From contig NC_043010.1 of the NCBI RefSeq assembly GCF_006345805.1, positions 54,622,001 to 54,686,000 of the forward strand: a stretch of 64,000 nucleotides of DNA. Reading direction: 5' to 3'. Source of the DNA: Octopus sinensis (Eukaryota). The notes below the pieces were generated by a model, which saw only the letters and a list, made by a program, of their open reading frames with translations, did not search any database and had not been told where the DNA came from. Positions 40,901-53,901 of this stretch are shown piece after piece (positions within the stretch are counted from its first letter, which is position 1; every line of letters begins with the position of its first letter). The translations under genes and the position numbers were made by a program.

Positions 40901-41205
40901 TCTCGTAGTGATTGATCGTTTTGTTTTTTTTTTTAATTTTGTTTTGGTTGAGTAAAAGAGAAAACAAGAGTAAAAATGATATGCAAATTACACATTATTA
41001 TGAAACCACAGGAAAATATAATACGAACCACTTCATCACGTGCATTTCAAATTTAATGGTGACTGTTTTAAACAGAATCTCTTTCCCCGTTCACATTCAA
41101 TTATAAGACTTGCTTAAATTGACAGGTATAGCTAAACCTAGTTGGAAGATTAACAATCTGCTCGAGGTAAAACGCGTATACATACACACATGTGCATAAG
41201 CGAAG

Positions 41206-41259
<54 letters not shown>

Positions 41260-43111
41260 TTCATATACAGGTTTACACAGATGCAATGACATATAAATCA
41301 CTTTCGACAACGAAAATTAAAATACAAATCTTGTGTCGAGGCTTTGATTGCGATCGTTCTTCAATGAGAGAATGTGGTGTGAATTATAAGGTTGATAATT
41401 TGGCTAGAATGTTTAAACCAGGTGTTGTATTTATTGCTTTGTGGTTTACTTTATGGTAGCTATGTGTTTTGTTGCAGGTGAGTGTTGCATTTCTCTTTAA
41501 CGAAACGGAATGTGCTAATAGCGTTGGCTTCTCAAGGTACTAATTTGAAAATCATGTTATTCGGTAAAAAGAAAGAGTGAACGAATCATATGTGCCTTGG
41601 TAATCAATCTATAGACAAGGTGTTAACACAATACGAACAAGTAATATTGATTTCTTGCATTAGCGTAGATTACAGATGTATGGAAAAGGTCTACATATAA
41701 TATGAATCGAAATACTACCTGGTATATAATGCTTGGTAGGGATTTTATTCGTGAAAGTCAAACGGTAAGAAAATCGACAAAATGCATGATATGAAAGCTG
41801 AGATTCATAGTTAAAATCAAATACTCTAAAATAGATGCATTGCTTATAATCGTTTTTATCGATCCATTTTGTAGAGAGTTATCACGGCAGATAACAAATC
41901 ACTGTGTTGAGATGCTTTGTTGAGTGGTTAAGTTATTTATTATTACAGTATATTGTCTGTAAATTGTTGGGATATTTCACGTTTAAATTACTTTCGGTAA
42001 ATGCCATATCTGAGAGCATCCATAATGCTTTCAATCAATTCCAGTCCTTAAGTATGCAACAGTAATATATTGTGCTTGACTATTCGATGTATAAAATTTA
42101 GCTAAAAAATAGACATGTACGTACTGAAATGAAATCAATACAAACACATGTCCAAAAACTACTTTTAGGAGACAGATGATGGGAAAGAAAAAGAATTGGA
42201 GAAAATTGTCGAAAACACTAAGTTACTATAATATAAAAATTACGTGAAATATGGGCTTCTTACAGTTTATTGATCAATTATATTGAAAATGGCAATTTTT
42301 TAAATCTTTTACAGTCGTACTTTATTATTTAACTTTAGCACTACGTTAATATCAATAAAAATGCTGGGCCAGTTGCCAAAAGGAATAGAACGCCAGAATA
42401 ATTGCGACAGTGTTTATTGATTTCATGTCTATGTTACAATTGCTGTGGAGTTTAGCTCGCCATGTATCAAATAGAACTACGATCAAAAGATCTTCAATAT
42501 GCAACAGTAATTTTGTTTTTACGTCTGGAAGTGCATTAGCCAATGTCTCGTTCCTATATGCAAGGCGGTGGGAGACGTATTTGCTAGCTCTGGAGGAATA
42601 AAAAGGAACCGAGAAGGTTTCAAATACGTATGCTCTTCATCTCAACCATAAGGAAACAAATGCCGTTGTTGTAAGAAAAGAGAAAGTAAATGTTTAATTT
42701 CAAACTTGAAAGTTAGAGGATCAAACATGTTGAATAGTACAAGTATTTTGGAGCCAAAAATCTCCAAGGAAACCATTTGTAAGAAATATATTAGGACATG
42801 GCTAGCCATGGTAAGAACGTCCGTAGAAAATCATTACGTCATCTGAACCAATAAAAGTGTCCGAAGTAACCGAAAACCAAACCTACTGGCGAGCGCTGGT
42901 TTTGCCAATAGGCATTATTGTCTGCGACGCATTGAGTCTGGATAGGAGAACATAATGCGTTTGAAATTTTTATGTATTGGCGAATGTTACAACTCTCTTA
43001 CAAGCAACATCAGACAGATTGTACCACAAATACGTGAAAGAAGACAACTCCTGAACACTGACTTACCCCCTCCCCCAAAACTTGCTAGTCTGTGTCAAAA
43101 ATTTCCATCTG

Positions 43112-43700
43112 TTATTATTATTATCATTATTATTATTATTATTATTACTATTATTATTATTATTATTAAAGTTGTTATTTCTATCATTGTCATTTCGCTT
43201 TGCCTCAGGTTTGGTCTTATTCCTGATAGGATGTATACATGTAGCTGGTTACTCCTGTAACCCTAGGTATCCACATGTTTTCAGCAGTCTTTCAAGTGCT
43301 TAGAACCCTCCTGATAATTCTTAATATTCCTATGAGACAAATGGTTTGTAGAAGATCACCTATTCCAATCCCCTTCAGCCTTTTTGATACTATTCCCAAC
43401 GCAACAATCATTATAGGTACGACCTTTACAGTTCTCATGGTCCAAATTTCTTCCTATTTCAATTTTAAGGGGTTGAAATTTTTCTTCCTCTTTCCTTACG
43501 ATTCCGGAATCAAACGAGCATGATGGGTCGATCTGTAAGCAACCTCGGCTTTCCTTCTCTCTAATGGTTATATGCGTTCTATTATTTTCTAATTTCTTGT
43601 CTGTATGAAATGTTAAGTCTCCATAAAATCTTACCTATCTCTTACTCCAATATTCTTCATGTGTTTCCAGCGACAAATACCAATTTGTGGCACAAAAATG
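43112..43700 (-). pseudogene. R4/Dong-like non-LTR retrotransposon 3' relic (restriction-like endonuclease domain) ending in (TAA)n
   Basis: Minus strand with frameshifts: KILW, FHTDKKLENNRTHITIREKESRGCLQIDPSCSFDSGIVRKEEEK, VKVVPIMIVALGIVSK, LQTICLIGILRIIRRVL. Matches the PD-(D/E)xK C-terminus of R4-clade ORFs. Confidence 0.75.
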
Positions 43701-43980
43701 CCTATTGCCAGAATTACCTCTCGCCATTAGCCTTGGCTTTATCTTACATCGAACACTATGTCCTAATATCTTTCTCATAAATGATTTCCTCGGAGATTTT
43801 GGCTCCAAGTTGAATTTGTTGTTATGTCAGTTTTCGTTGCTCAGCTTTTCCACGGAAAACCTTCTATCTACCAAACCTTTGTATCATAATCTTTCAGAAA
43901 ACAGATATTTATTGCATGACACTTTTGAAAAAACATCTGATCACATACCATTTTATACCAATTTATACTATATTTTTCCC

Positions 43981-44202
43981 AGGGCGGCGAGCTGGCAGAG
44001 ACGTTAGCACGCGGGCGAAATGCGTAGCCGTATTTCGTCTGCCGCTACGTTGTGAGTTCAAATTCCGCCGAGGTCGACTTTACCTTTCATCCTTTCGGGG
44101 TCGATTAAATAAGTACCAGTTACGCACTGGGGTCGATATAATCGACTTAATCCATTTGTTTGTCCTCTCTGTGTTTAGCCCCTTGTGGGTAGTAAAGAAA
44201 TA
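43981..44202 (+). mobile_element. SINE family A, full length
   Basis: TSD tatatttttccc at 43969-43980 and 44203-44214. Confidence 0.92.
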
Positions 44203-44734
44203 TATATTTTTCCCAATTGGATTTCAATACATTAAGGCGCAATACCCAGCAGTTGGTATTATATGTTACGCCTATTCTTTATATAGAGTGAACCATGAAA
44301 GCCTCAATATTTGTTATATCGTAAATGTGTGGTGGACGTTTGATGCATGGCTAAACAACATATCTGTAACACTACAGCGTATGATATGAAACATATATTA
44401 TACATTATTCTTTCGCCCTTTCTTTTTCCACGAAATATTTTCAAAGAAAATATCCTCGCATATATATATATATATATTACGACGCTGCATATGGAGACAG
44501 GAATTTTCCTTCTGCATAAAATACAAACAGAAGGCATGATAAAACACATAAATTCCAATCAAACTGCGACCATTTCCAAAACGGGAAAATAATGACTATA
44601 TTCAGAAGCTTAAATTACCCTGGAATGTAAGCATGTGTGGGTGGTTATATATGTATGTATGTATGCATGATGTATCACTTATATACGTGGGTGCATGTGT
44701 TTCTGTGGAATATATGCGTTTATATATATATATT

Positions 44735-44786
<52 letters not shown>

Positions 44787-45466
44787 TATATGCATTATTT
44801 TATATTATATTGTATATATATATATTATATATATTTATACATATATGTGTATAACCATGTATGTATGCTGGTGTATGCATATATTTTTATGTGTGTTTCT
44901 GTGAATCTATCTGTGTTTTGTCATATTGCTAAAAGCTACATATTCATTATACATATTTCATGGTTAAGAGCCGATCAGTTTCAAAGATACGAGCTGTTAG
45001 AAATGTGTTCAAATGCCGCCTTCTTCGAGTCGTCTTTCATCTTATCGGGGTCTATAACATAAACACAAGCTGAGCACTATTTTAATATAATCGACTTAAA
45101 CTCGTATTTGGTGGCTCTCTGCCATAATTTGAAACTAAAAGATAACAATTTTCAGAAATACAATGTGCTTATTACTGTTTGCGTCACACATAAGTTAGCA
45201 CAATATGGGCGCATGTACAACATATCCCTACTGAGGTCCTTTATACTAACTCCAAATGTTCTAGGTTGAAACCTTTCGAGGATCTGACAGTAGCAATACT
45301 TTGACTTGTTGAAGGCTAAAGCCAGCCATGTCTATTTGAGGCATGATGCTAGAATCTACCGAATCAGTGTTTCCAAAGCATCATACTATTATTAGCTCAT
45401 TTTTAAAACAGGTTTACTATTAAAAAATTAAATGATTTAAATAGTATATACATATATAAATACATG

Positions 45467-45498
<32 letters not shown>

Positions 45499-45506
45499 AT
45501 ATATAT

Positions 45507-46324
45507 ATAATTAATTAATAAGGGTGAGAGAATTAGATACTAATTAATAGTAATCTATTCACACCAAGTGGCCCAGTGCTCCGAGAAACCTGGATTATTA
45601 TAATATTTTATAATATATTATAATATTTTTACAAAATAAATATAAGAGAGTGGTCACTATATGGCTCACTCTAGCACCAGAAAATCCAAAAGGTTTCAAC
45701 CACAAAAATATATGTTTCCCATGAAAGTCAGTACGATTGTTAGCTCACACGAACAGGGCAAATAAAAAATAACAAAAATACAGATTATTTTGGGACAATT
45801 GTTTCGCTATTCACACACCAGATTTTACCATAACGATAAATACACGTGTGGTTCAATTGATTACATCCGACGTTATAATTCAAATTAGTATCTAATTCTC
45901 TCAACCTTATTAATTAATTATAATTATGCTACATTTATTTCTAAATGTATTTGTTTTCCGTGAAAGTTTGGCGCGCTGTTAGTAGGGGCATTTGAATTAT
46001 AACGTCGGATGTAATCAATTGAACCAAACGTGTATTTATCGTTATGGTAAAATCTGGCGTGTGATTGAGTGGATTTCATCCAGATAGTTTTGGCTGAGGA
46101 GCTACAAGTGGATTTTTTTGTAAGTAAAATTACATTTAATTCATTAATAGCGAAACAATTGTCCCAAAATAATCTGTATTTTTGTTATTTTTTAATTGCC
46201 CTGTTCGTGTGAGCTAACAATCGTACTGACTTTCATGGGAAACATATATTTTTGTGGTTGAAACCATTTGGATTTTCTAGTGGTAGAGTGAGCCATATAG
46301 TGACCACTCTCTTACATTTATTTA
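45507..46324. mobile_element. Penelope-type inverted (head-to-head) end structure between (TA)n tracts
   Basis: Arms 45633-45885 and 45990-46324 (right arm has 82 extra bp); second inverted pair 45507-45544 / 45884-45921. Confidence 0.8.
46081..46176 (+). ncRNA. Canonical-core type I hammerhead ribozyme with extended stem II
   Basis: cagatagttttgg-CTGAGGA-gcta..(long stem)..tagc-GAAAC-aatt-GTC-ccaaaataatctg. G10.1:C11.1 intact, 13-bp stem I with one mismatch; predicted cleavage after 46163. Confidence 0.8.
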
Positions 46325-46334
46325 TTTTATTATT

Positions 46335-46367
<33 letters not shown>

Positions 46368-46372
<5 letters not shown>

Positions 46373-46830
46373 CTTAGAGCGTAGGCAAGAAATATATGCC
46401 ATAATGGAAGATCCTAGGACTTGTCCCAAACCTTGGCATCAAGAGTTACACAAACACTAGAACTGGCCGCCACTGCTTAGTGCCAAGAACTCCAAATTTG
46501 CCATCAAGATGGAGGACAAGATACTGTGACAGCCTGGGCTTCAGAGGCCCACAGCTCTTCAATATCCTCCCGAAGGACCTGAGAGACCTGCATGGGGAGG
46601 ATGCAGATGTCTTTAAAATAAAACTGGATCTCTTCCTGTCAGGTGTCCCAGATGAACCAACTTCACGGCAGGAGGTGCAGATGAGGGCAGCTGCATCGAA
46701 CTGTCTCATGTACCAAATGGCATTTGCTAAAAAGCATTCGTGAAGTAAAATCATGTAGCAACACCAAATGGCGGTGCCCCAGCATGGCCACAGCTCGTGA
46801 GCTGAAACTAGATGAAATAAAATAAAATAT
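46368..46830 (+). mobile_element. 5'-truncated CR1/L2-group LINE (ORF2 C-terminus, 3'UTR, (AAAAT)n)
   Basis: YSLERR..WKILGLVPNLG..DSLGFRGPQLFNILPKDLRDL..FKIKLDLFLSGVPDEP; stop at 46743. Confidence 0.85.
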
Positions 46831-46893
46831 ATATATATATGTGTGTCTGTGTGAGTGTGTTTGCTAGCGTGTGTGTGTGAGACTATGTGTGCC

Positions 46894-46947
<54 letters not shown>

Positions 46948-47995
46948 AAATAAGGATTAATCCGTCCTACTCTTGTCAATATTTTAATATGAATAGGAAT
47001 AAAAATTGTATCTACTACGCTTCACTAAATCATCTGTTCTAATTCTACAAATGTAATTAATAATAGTTGTCTTTTGTTTTTCCGATCTTTTTGTGATTGT
47101 TTTAAGTGCCTCTTGTGCCATATCAAAATAATAATCATTATTGTCGTTGAATTTCACGGATCATTACATTGGTTATATTTATGGCGGATGATGAGATTGT
47201 GCCGGATCATTTTAGATAGTTCTTGTTGCTGATTCTCTGATTGATAATTAATATTGTTACGGTACAATTATCATGGAATTTGGCTAAGGTGACCGATATT
47301 TGTGGCATGTTGAGCGACTGTGTTCGGGGAACAGAGTGAAAGACCATAACGCATTCTTTATTCTGTTAATTAATGTCATTAACGACACAAATGCATTAAC
47401 CATAATTTGACCTAAAGACATTATTCTTATAACACTAATTATTGTAACTAATTAATGATATTTTTCGTGAATGTCACACAATGACCAGATATTTACAGCG
47501 ATTGAAAGAAATTTTACATTAACAAAGAACAAATCCAAACGCACAAAATTCCATAACAACGATAATAACCACTGCACAGGAATTCTTCATTGTATCCTAC
47601 TCATCAAAACAACTGATATTTTATTTTAAAGATACAGTTAAAAATACAGCTTCATTTTAATTCATCGGAATGTGTTTCGATGCGTAAAGCATAGAAGCAG
47701 ACTGAAAATAACAATTAAATTTTAACACTTGGTGATTTATTGAAATTTGTCTTCATCGTTACCTTCCTGTTTCTAGTTGTTATTTTATATATATATACTG
47801 TGTCTGAATTGCCCAAGCTCTTCTTGTCCTGCTTTACATTTTGAACATTCTGATTAAGTGAAAAAAGATTGTGGAAGTTTATTTACTTAATATTTGTACA
47901 TTCAGTGTGTTGGCAATAAATGATGCATGTTTTGAATAATACTTGAAGAGTTTTTCAGCAGAAGATAAAAACACAATGAGTAAAAGATTGTTCAA

Positions 47996-48162
47996 TGGGC
48001 GTAAGATTGGCTGTGTGGTAAGTAGTTTGTTTACCGATCACATGGTTCCGGGTTCAGTGCCACTGCGTGGAACCTTGGGCGAGTGTTTTCTACTATAGCC
48101 TCGAATCGACCAAAGTCTTGTGAGTGGACTTGGTAGACGGAGACTTGAAGAAGCCCGTTGTA

Positions 48163-48231
<69 letters not shown>

Positions 48232-48440
48232 GTGTCTGTATTTGTCCCCGCAACATCGCTTGACAGCCGATGTTGGTTTGTTTACGTCCCCGTAACTTAG
48301 CGGTTCGGCAAAAGAGACTGATAGAATAAGTACTAGACTTACAAAAACAAGTCCTGAGGTCGATTCACTCGACTAAAGTCGATGCTCCAGCATGGCCACA
48401 GTCAAATGATTGAAACAAGTAAAAGAGTAAAAGAAAAGAG
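47996..48440 (+). mobile_element. SINE family B, full length
   Basis: Head, CORE-like segment, internal (TA)n(GT)n, tail cagcatggccacagtcaaatga. Confidence 0.9.
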
Positions 48441-49060
48441 AATCAAAGAAGAATATAATCTAAAGTCTGGCATATGAAGAAACCATACAAAATAAATCAC
48501 ATCCTTCCGTGCAGGATATACTAGCCAGTCGCTACATGTCTTACGATACGACAGTCACGCGTACCGCTGCTGTCAAACTGCTGCGGTGTGTTCAAAATTG
48601 CATCAACTGAATCGCTGTTAAATGTTGAGTGCCAGAATGTTGTTGTCGATAAAGCAGGAACTCGTGTATTTCGCATGTAAAAGACTGACATCGAAATGTC
48701 TCATCAGACTGACTTTTCACTAGCTCATACACATAATTGTTACCTGCTTTTCAATGTGAATACAATTATTGAAAAAAGTAATGCCGTGCTGTGTATTGGA
48801 CTATAATTACGTATATTATTATAGATTGGGCTAATATATGCGAAATATATGTTAAATACTGCCCATTGAATTTCGTCGGCCAACTTTCGTCTGGAAATGT
48901 TTCTACAGTTATCGGATCTATGTAATAAATTTATTCATGACTAGCATACATATGCAAATTTTATACTATAAAATGCTGCTCCTATATTTAAGTCTTTAAC
49001 CGATATATTTGCACAAAATGAGGCATAACTTTGGTAATTCCGTGTAATTTCAGAATGATA

Positions 49061-49453
49061 TCTTTATATATAAAAGTAAGGTTGTGTGTCTGTCTACTCC
49101 GATTTAGATTCCTAACTACTCCCACATTTTGCGGTGCAGTTTAACCAAAACCGGGTATCTTATAGTCGTAATTCATATGAGCCCTTCTGGGTATTAGCGC
49201 GCATCTACGATGAGTCTACGATTTTAAAAATAATTTACCATCATTTTTTTCCATTTTAATGTATATTTTTTTAAATATAAGGGATGTAACTCTCTAAAAT
49301 GTCTACGATGAGTCAAAGACTTTTTTCAAAAATTACCATCATATTTTTTCAATTTTTAATGCATTTTTTTGCTATTTTTTTGCTATAACTCTCTAAAAAT
49401 GCTTTATAGTTATTTCCCTCACAAACCCGAGCAACGCCGGGCGATACTGCTAG
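49061..49453 (+). mobile_element. Non-autonomous Helitron with internal ~95-bp duplication
   Basis: A|TC start shared with 9075; cccgagcaacgccggg hairpin; CTAG|T end. Confidence 0.88.
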
Positions 49454-49972
49454 TTGCAGTATAAACGTTTTCAAATCCAATAGAAACCCTTTAACTACAG
49501 TCGCCTATTTGTTGTCTAATCGTCAAACGTTTTGTTACATAATAAATGTATTACATGATATACGAAGGATCGTGTTTTACCTTACCAAAATAATTCACAA
49601 TTCATTGAGCGAAAGGAAACATTTGAATTGCTCAACGAACCGCTGGGCAGTATATCACCTTTTCTAATAACTCCGATACAAAAGGCCTATTTTATGAGTA
49701 TTTGGGCAAGAAAAACAAACGAAATGGTTAAATACAATGAGTGCAAAAATCTCACACAGTCCTTGTTCTATGAAAATAACAAAGATTAGCTGAAGGTAAA
49801 TTTTCGGAGGTGACAGTGTTTCTGGCATAGGAATTCTGAGGTATAGATGACGTTTTCATAAGGAGGGTGTCTTTCTAAAATATAGTCCTTCTTTCAAATA
49901 TTCCAAATACTTTAGCAAATAAAGTGAGCAAACAGTCGTGCCATTATATTTTTACATAAATACACATTATGT

Positions 49973-50265
49973 GGAGGCACATGGCCAAGTGTTTAGAGCA
50001 GCAGACTCGCGGTTGAGGGATCGCGGGTTCGAATCTCAGACCCCAAACTCCACGCGGCTCCGGCAGAAGGTAATGGCAAACTTCTGCTGATTCTTTCGTC
50101 ACAACTTTCTCTCACTCTTTCCTCCTACATCTTGCAGCTCACCTGCGACGGTACGGTGTCCCGTCCAGGTGGGGAACCTATACGCCAAGGAAACCGGGAA
50201 AGCTGCCCTTATGAACCAAGCATGGCTTGAGATGGAACAAACAAAAAGCAAAACAAACACATCAT
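49973..50265 (+). mobile_element. SINE, family C-like head with tail D variant
   Basis: tRNA head, gaaggtaatggcaaac segment, tail cctgcgacgg..cccgtccagg..gaaaccgggaa. Confidence 0.8.
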
Positions 50266-50382
50266 ACAGCAAAGCATTAATGTTTAGGCAAATATTTTGT
50301 GTTGCTTTTCGTTGTTTCAACGGAAACAGAACCAACACAGCATGCGCACTGATACACATACCTATGTACATATATTCAACAT

Positions 50383-50788
50383 ACGCAGGAGTGGCTGTGT
50401 GGTGAGTAGCTTGCTAACCAACCACATGGTCCCGGGTTCAGTCCCACTGCGTGGCATCTTGCACAAGTGTCTTCTGCTATAGCCTCAGGCCGACCAATAC
50501 CTTGTGAGTGGATTTGGTAGACGGAAACTGAAAGAAGCCTGTCGTGTATATGTATATATATATGTATGTGTATGTGTTTGTGTGTTTGTGTTTGTCCCCC
50601 TAGCATTGCTTGACAACCGATGCTGGTGTGTTTATGTCCCCGTTACTTAGCGGTTCGGCAAAAGAGACCGATAGAATAAGAACTGGGCTTACAAAAGAAT
50701 AAGTCCCGGGGTCGATTTGCACGACTAAAGGTGGTGCTCCAGCATGGCCGCAGTCAAATGACTGAAACAAGTAAATAAAAAAAAAAAG
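50383..50788 (+). mobile_element. SINE family B, full length
   Basis: Same organisation as the 47996 and 55948 copies. Confidence 0.9.
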
Positions 50789-51114
50789 ATACGCCATACA
50801 CACGCAACACACACACACATACATAAGAAGCATACATACATATATATGCATATACGAGTATGTTAAAACAATTAAAAGCAAAGAGATTACAAATGCTAAA
50901 ATATGAACCATGCAACGAATTTTATTTATCATGTTTATTTTGCAAAATAAACATGATAAATAGAATATATAATATACATATATATGTGGAGAGGTGGGGG
51001 TGTATGTGTGTAGTATGTGTATGAGTGTGAGAAGGTGTGTGTGGTTTGTGTATGTGTGTTTGTGTGTGTGTGTGTATACATATATATATATGTTTACACG
51101 CATAAATGTATATA

Positions 51115-51330
51115 TATTTCACTACTGCCCACAAGGGGCTAAACACAGAGGGGACAAACGGATTATGTCGATTACATCGACCCCAGGGCGTAACTGGTAC
51201 TTAATTTATCAACCCCGAAAGGATGAAAGGCAAAGTCGACCTCGGCGGAATTTTAACTCGGAACGTAACGGCAGACGAAATACGGCTACGCATTTCGCCC
51301 GGCGTGCTAACGAGTCTGCCAGCTCGCCGC
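51115..51330 (-). mobile_element. SINE family A
   Basis: Reverse match to the family consensus; short deletion in the tail. Confidence 0.9.
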
Positions 51331-52120
51331 ATATATATATGTGTGTCTGTGTGTTTGAGTGTATATACGTGTGCGTATTTATATATATATAAACATATTA
51401 GGTAAGATCATGAGAGACTGCTCGACGTACTCAAGCAAAGTGCAAGTGTACTTTATAAAGGACTAAAAAAATTTTTAAATCAATACCTTTCAAATAACTG
51501 CGTGTATTATATTCAGGACACTAATCTAATCTGATAAACGCAGATGCATTGAAAGTTTTCCCGAAGCAAACGAGGATCACTAGTCTTGTTTCGTCCTCTA
51601 TAGTTAATATAAACACCATGACCAAAGTAAATATTCATCGATTGGAAAACAAATAAAATGCAGCAAGAAATGAAATTGTCAAATATTTATTTTTCCATCA
51701 AGCGCTTCATCGAAATTAAGAAACTATAAATAAATAAATAAATATACATATATATAAACATATATATATATATATACATATATATACGTATATATATACA
51801 TATATATATATATATGTATGCATATGTATATATATATATATATATATATGTATACATATGTTATATATACATATATATATATACATATATTTATATATAT
51901 TAAGTATATATGTATATATATTATATATATATATATATATACTATATATATCATACATGTACATATATATAAATATATGTATGTATATATATATATATCT
52001 GTATATATATACATATGTATATATATATATATTTATATATATACGTATATATGTATATATATATGTATATATACACATATATATACACACACACACACAC
52101 ACAACACATATATAATATAT

Positions 52121-52171
<51 letters not shown>

Positions 52172-52920
52172 CTATACATATATATAATATATGTAATATT
52201 AATATATGTATCAAATTATAGCAAAATCATTTTTTCTAAAAAAAAGAAAATAAAGAAAATAAGGCATTTGTGAATTTGGAAATATGTGGAAGTCAGTTAT
52301 TGTTTGTGTAGGTGTGTTTTATGGTTTCGTTTATGTTTCTGTTGATTTCACCAGCACATCAGCAGCAACAGCAGCTTCACTAGGAGCAGCAGTAGTTGTT
52401 GTTGTTGTTGGTTGCTGATGCTAAGATTGTTAATATTGTTGATCGTAAAAATCAACTATAATTTTTGACGTTTAAATATATTGATATTGAAGATGCTGTC
52501 ACTGATTATGATGAGGATGATGTTGATAAGGACGGTGGTGAGGATGAGGAGGGTGGTAGTGGTGAAGATGATGATGATGGTGGGGGAAATAATGGTGATC
52601 GTGTTGATCGTGATCATGATGATTAAGATGAACGTAATGAAAATTACCAGGAAAAAGATGGCGGGGACGGCGACCCAAACGTCAACGTTAGCGATGTTGC
52701 TTCCGAGTTCCGACATTTATAATGTAAATGTGAATAAAATATTAACAGGGAAAAAATCATTGAAGAATTACTGTGAAATATAAATAAAGCAAAAATTCAC
52801 ATTTTAACCAATACAAGGAAAAAATAATGAATAAAATAGACACACTCGTCATAGATAAATGTAACAGTAAAATGAATGAGTGAAAGAATAATCTATCATT
52901 GTAAAATGAATGATGAATAG

Positions 52921-53317
52921 CCTTCATTCATTATCCTTATTTGCTGGCAAAAAACACTAGAGATAGTCGTTCTAGATCTTTACTTTCTAAGCTCAAATCC
53001 ATCTGAATTTCTTACCTATCATTAATCTAGGGTTATAAGTAACATGAAAGTAAAGTGCGAAAGGTTATTATATCGACCAATATGGTACTCCAGACATTGG
53101 CAGTCTTCAACGTCTAGTTTGAAATTGTGTTATTATTGTCGTATGTGCTGATATTATATTATTTTGATCCTTATTTTTGATCGCTGAATCAATTAAATTT
53201 ATAGGATTTGACACAATACACTCACATACACACACACACTCTCTCTCTCTCTCTTTCTTTCTGTCTCCGCGCGGGTGTGTGAATGTGAGACAGACAGACA
53301 GACAGACAGACAGGGAC

Positions 53318-53354
<37 letters not shown>

Positions 53355-53668
53355 TGTGTGTGTGTGTGTATGTGAGATTGTGTCAAATCCTAGAAATTTA
53401 ATTGATTCAGCGATCAAAATAAGGATCAAAATAATATAATATCAGCACATACGACAATAATAACACATTTCAAACTGGACGTTGAAGACTGCCAATGTCT
53501 GGAGTACCATATTGGTCGATATAATACCTTTCGCACTTTACTTTCATGTTACTTATAACCCTAGATTAATGATAGGTAAGAAAAATTCAGATAGATTTGA
53601 GCTTAGAAAGTAAAGATCTAGAACGACTATCTCTAGTGTTTTTTGCCAACAAATAAGGATAATGAAGG
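52921..53668. repeat. ~750-bp foldback inverted duplication centred on (CA)n(CT)n / (GA)n(GT)n
   Basis: About 300 bp of unique sequence is nearly perfectly inverted, with few substitutions and small indels; no TSD. Confidence 0.92.
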
Positions 53669-53901
53669 ATCGCGGTTTCGATTCCCAGACAGGGCGTTGT
53701 GTGTGTTTATTGAGCGAAAACACCTAAAAGCTCCACGAGGCTCCGGCAGGAGGTGGTGATCCCTGCTGTACTCTTTCACCACTCTTTCTTCTGTTGGACT
53801 GCTCGCTTAGCCAGCGGGGTGGCGTCATTCGAAGGCCTAAATAATGTAAACGCATTGTGACCAGCGATGTGTAGCAACATCTGATGGTCTGGTCGGTCAC
53901 G
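53669..53901 (+). mobile_element. 5'-truncated family C SINE with a third tail type
   Basis: Head starts at atcgcggtttcgattcc; tail gccagcggggtggcgtc..gtgaccagcgatgtgtagcaacatctgatgg. Confidence 0.85.

Noticed and set aside
40239-40967. Poly-L/S/Y ORFs
   Set aside because: Trinucleotide repeat artefacts.
48687-48707. Minus-strand CTGATGA plus gacat[ttcg]atgtc hairpin
   Set aside because: GAAA does not follow stem II; no three-way junction.
52456-52783. Acidic or Met/Ile-rich ORFs
   Set aside because: Degenerate (GAT/GGT)n low-complexity tract with no splice or homology support.
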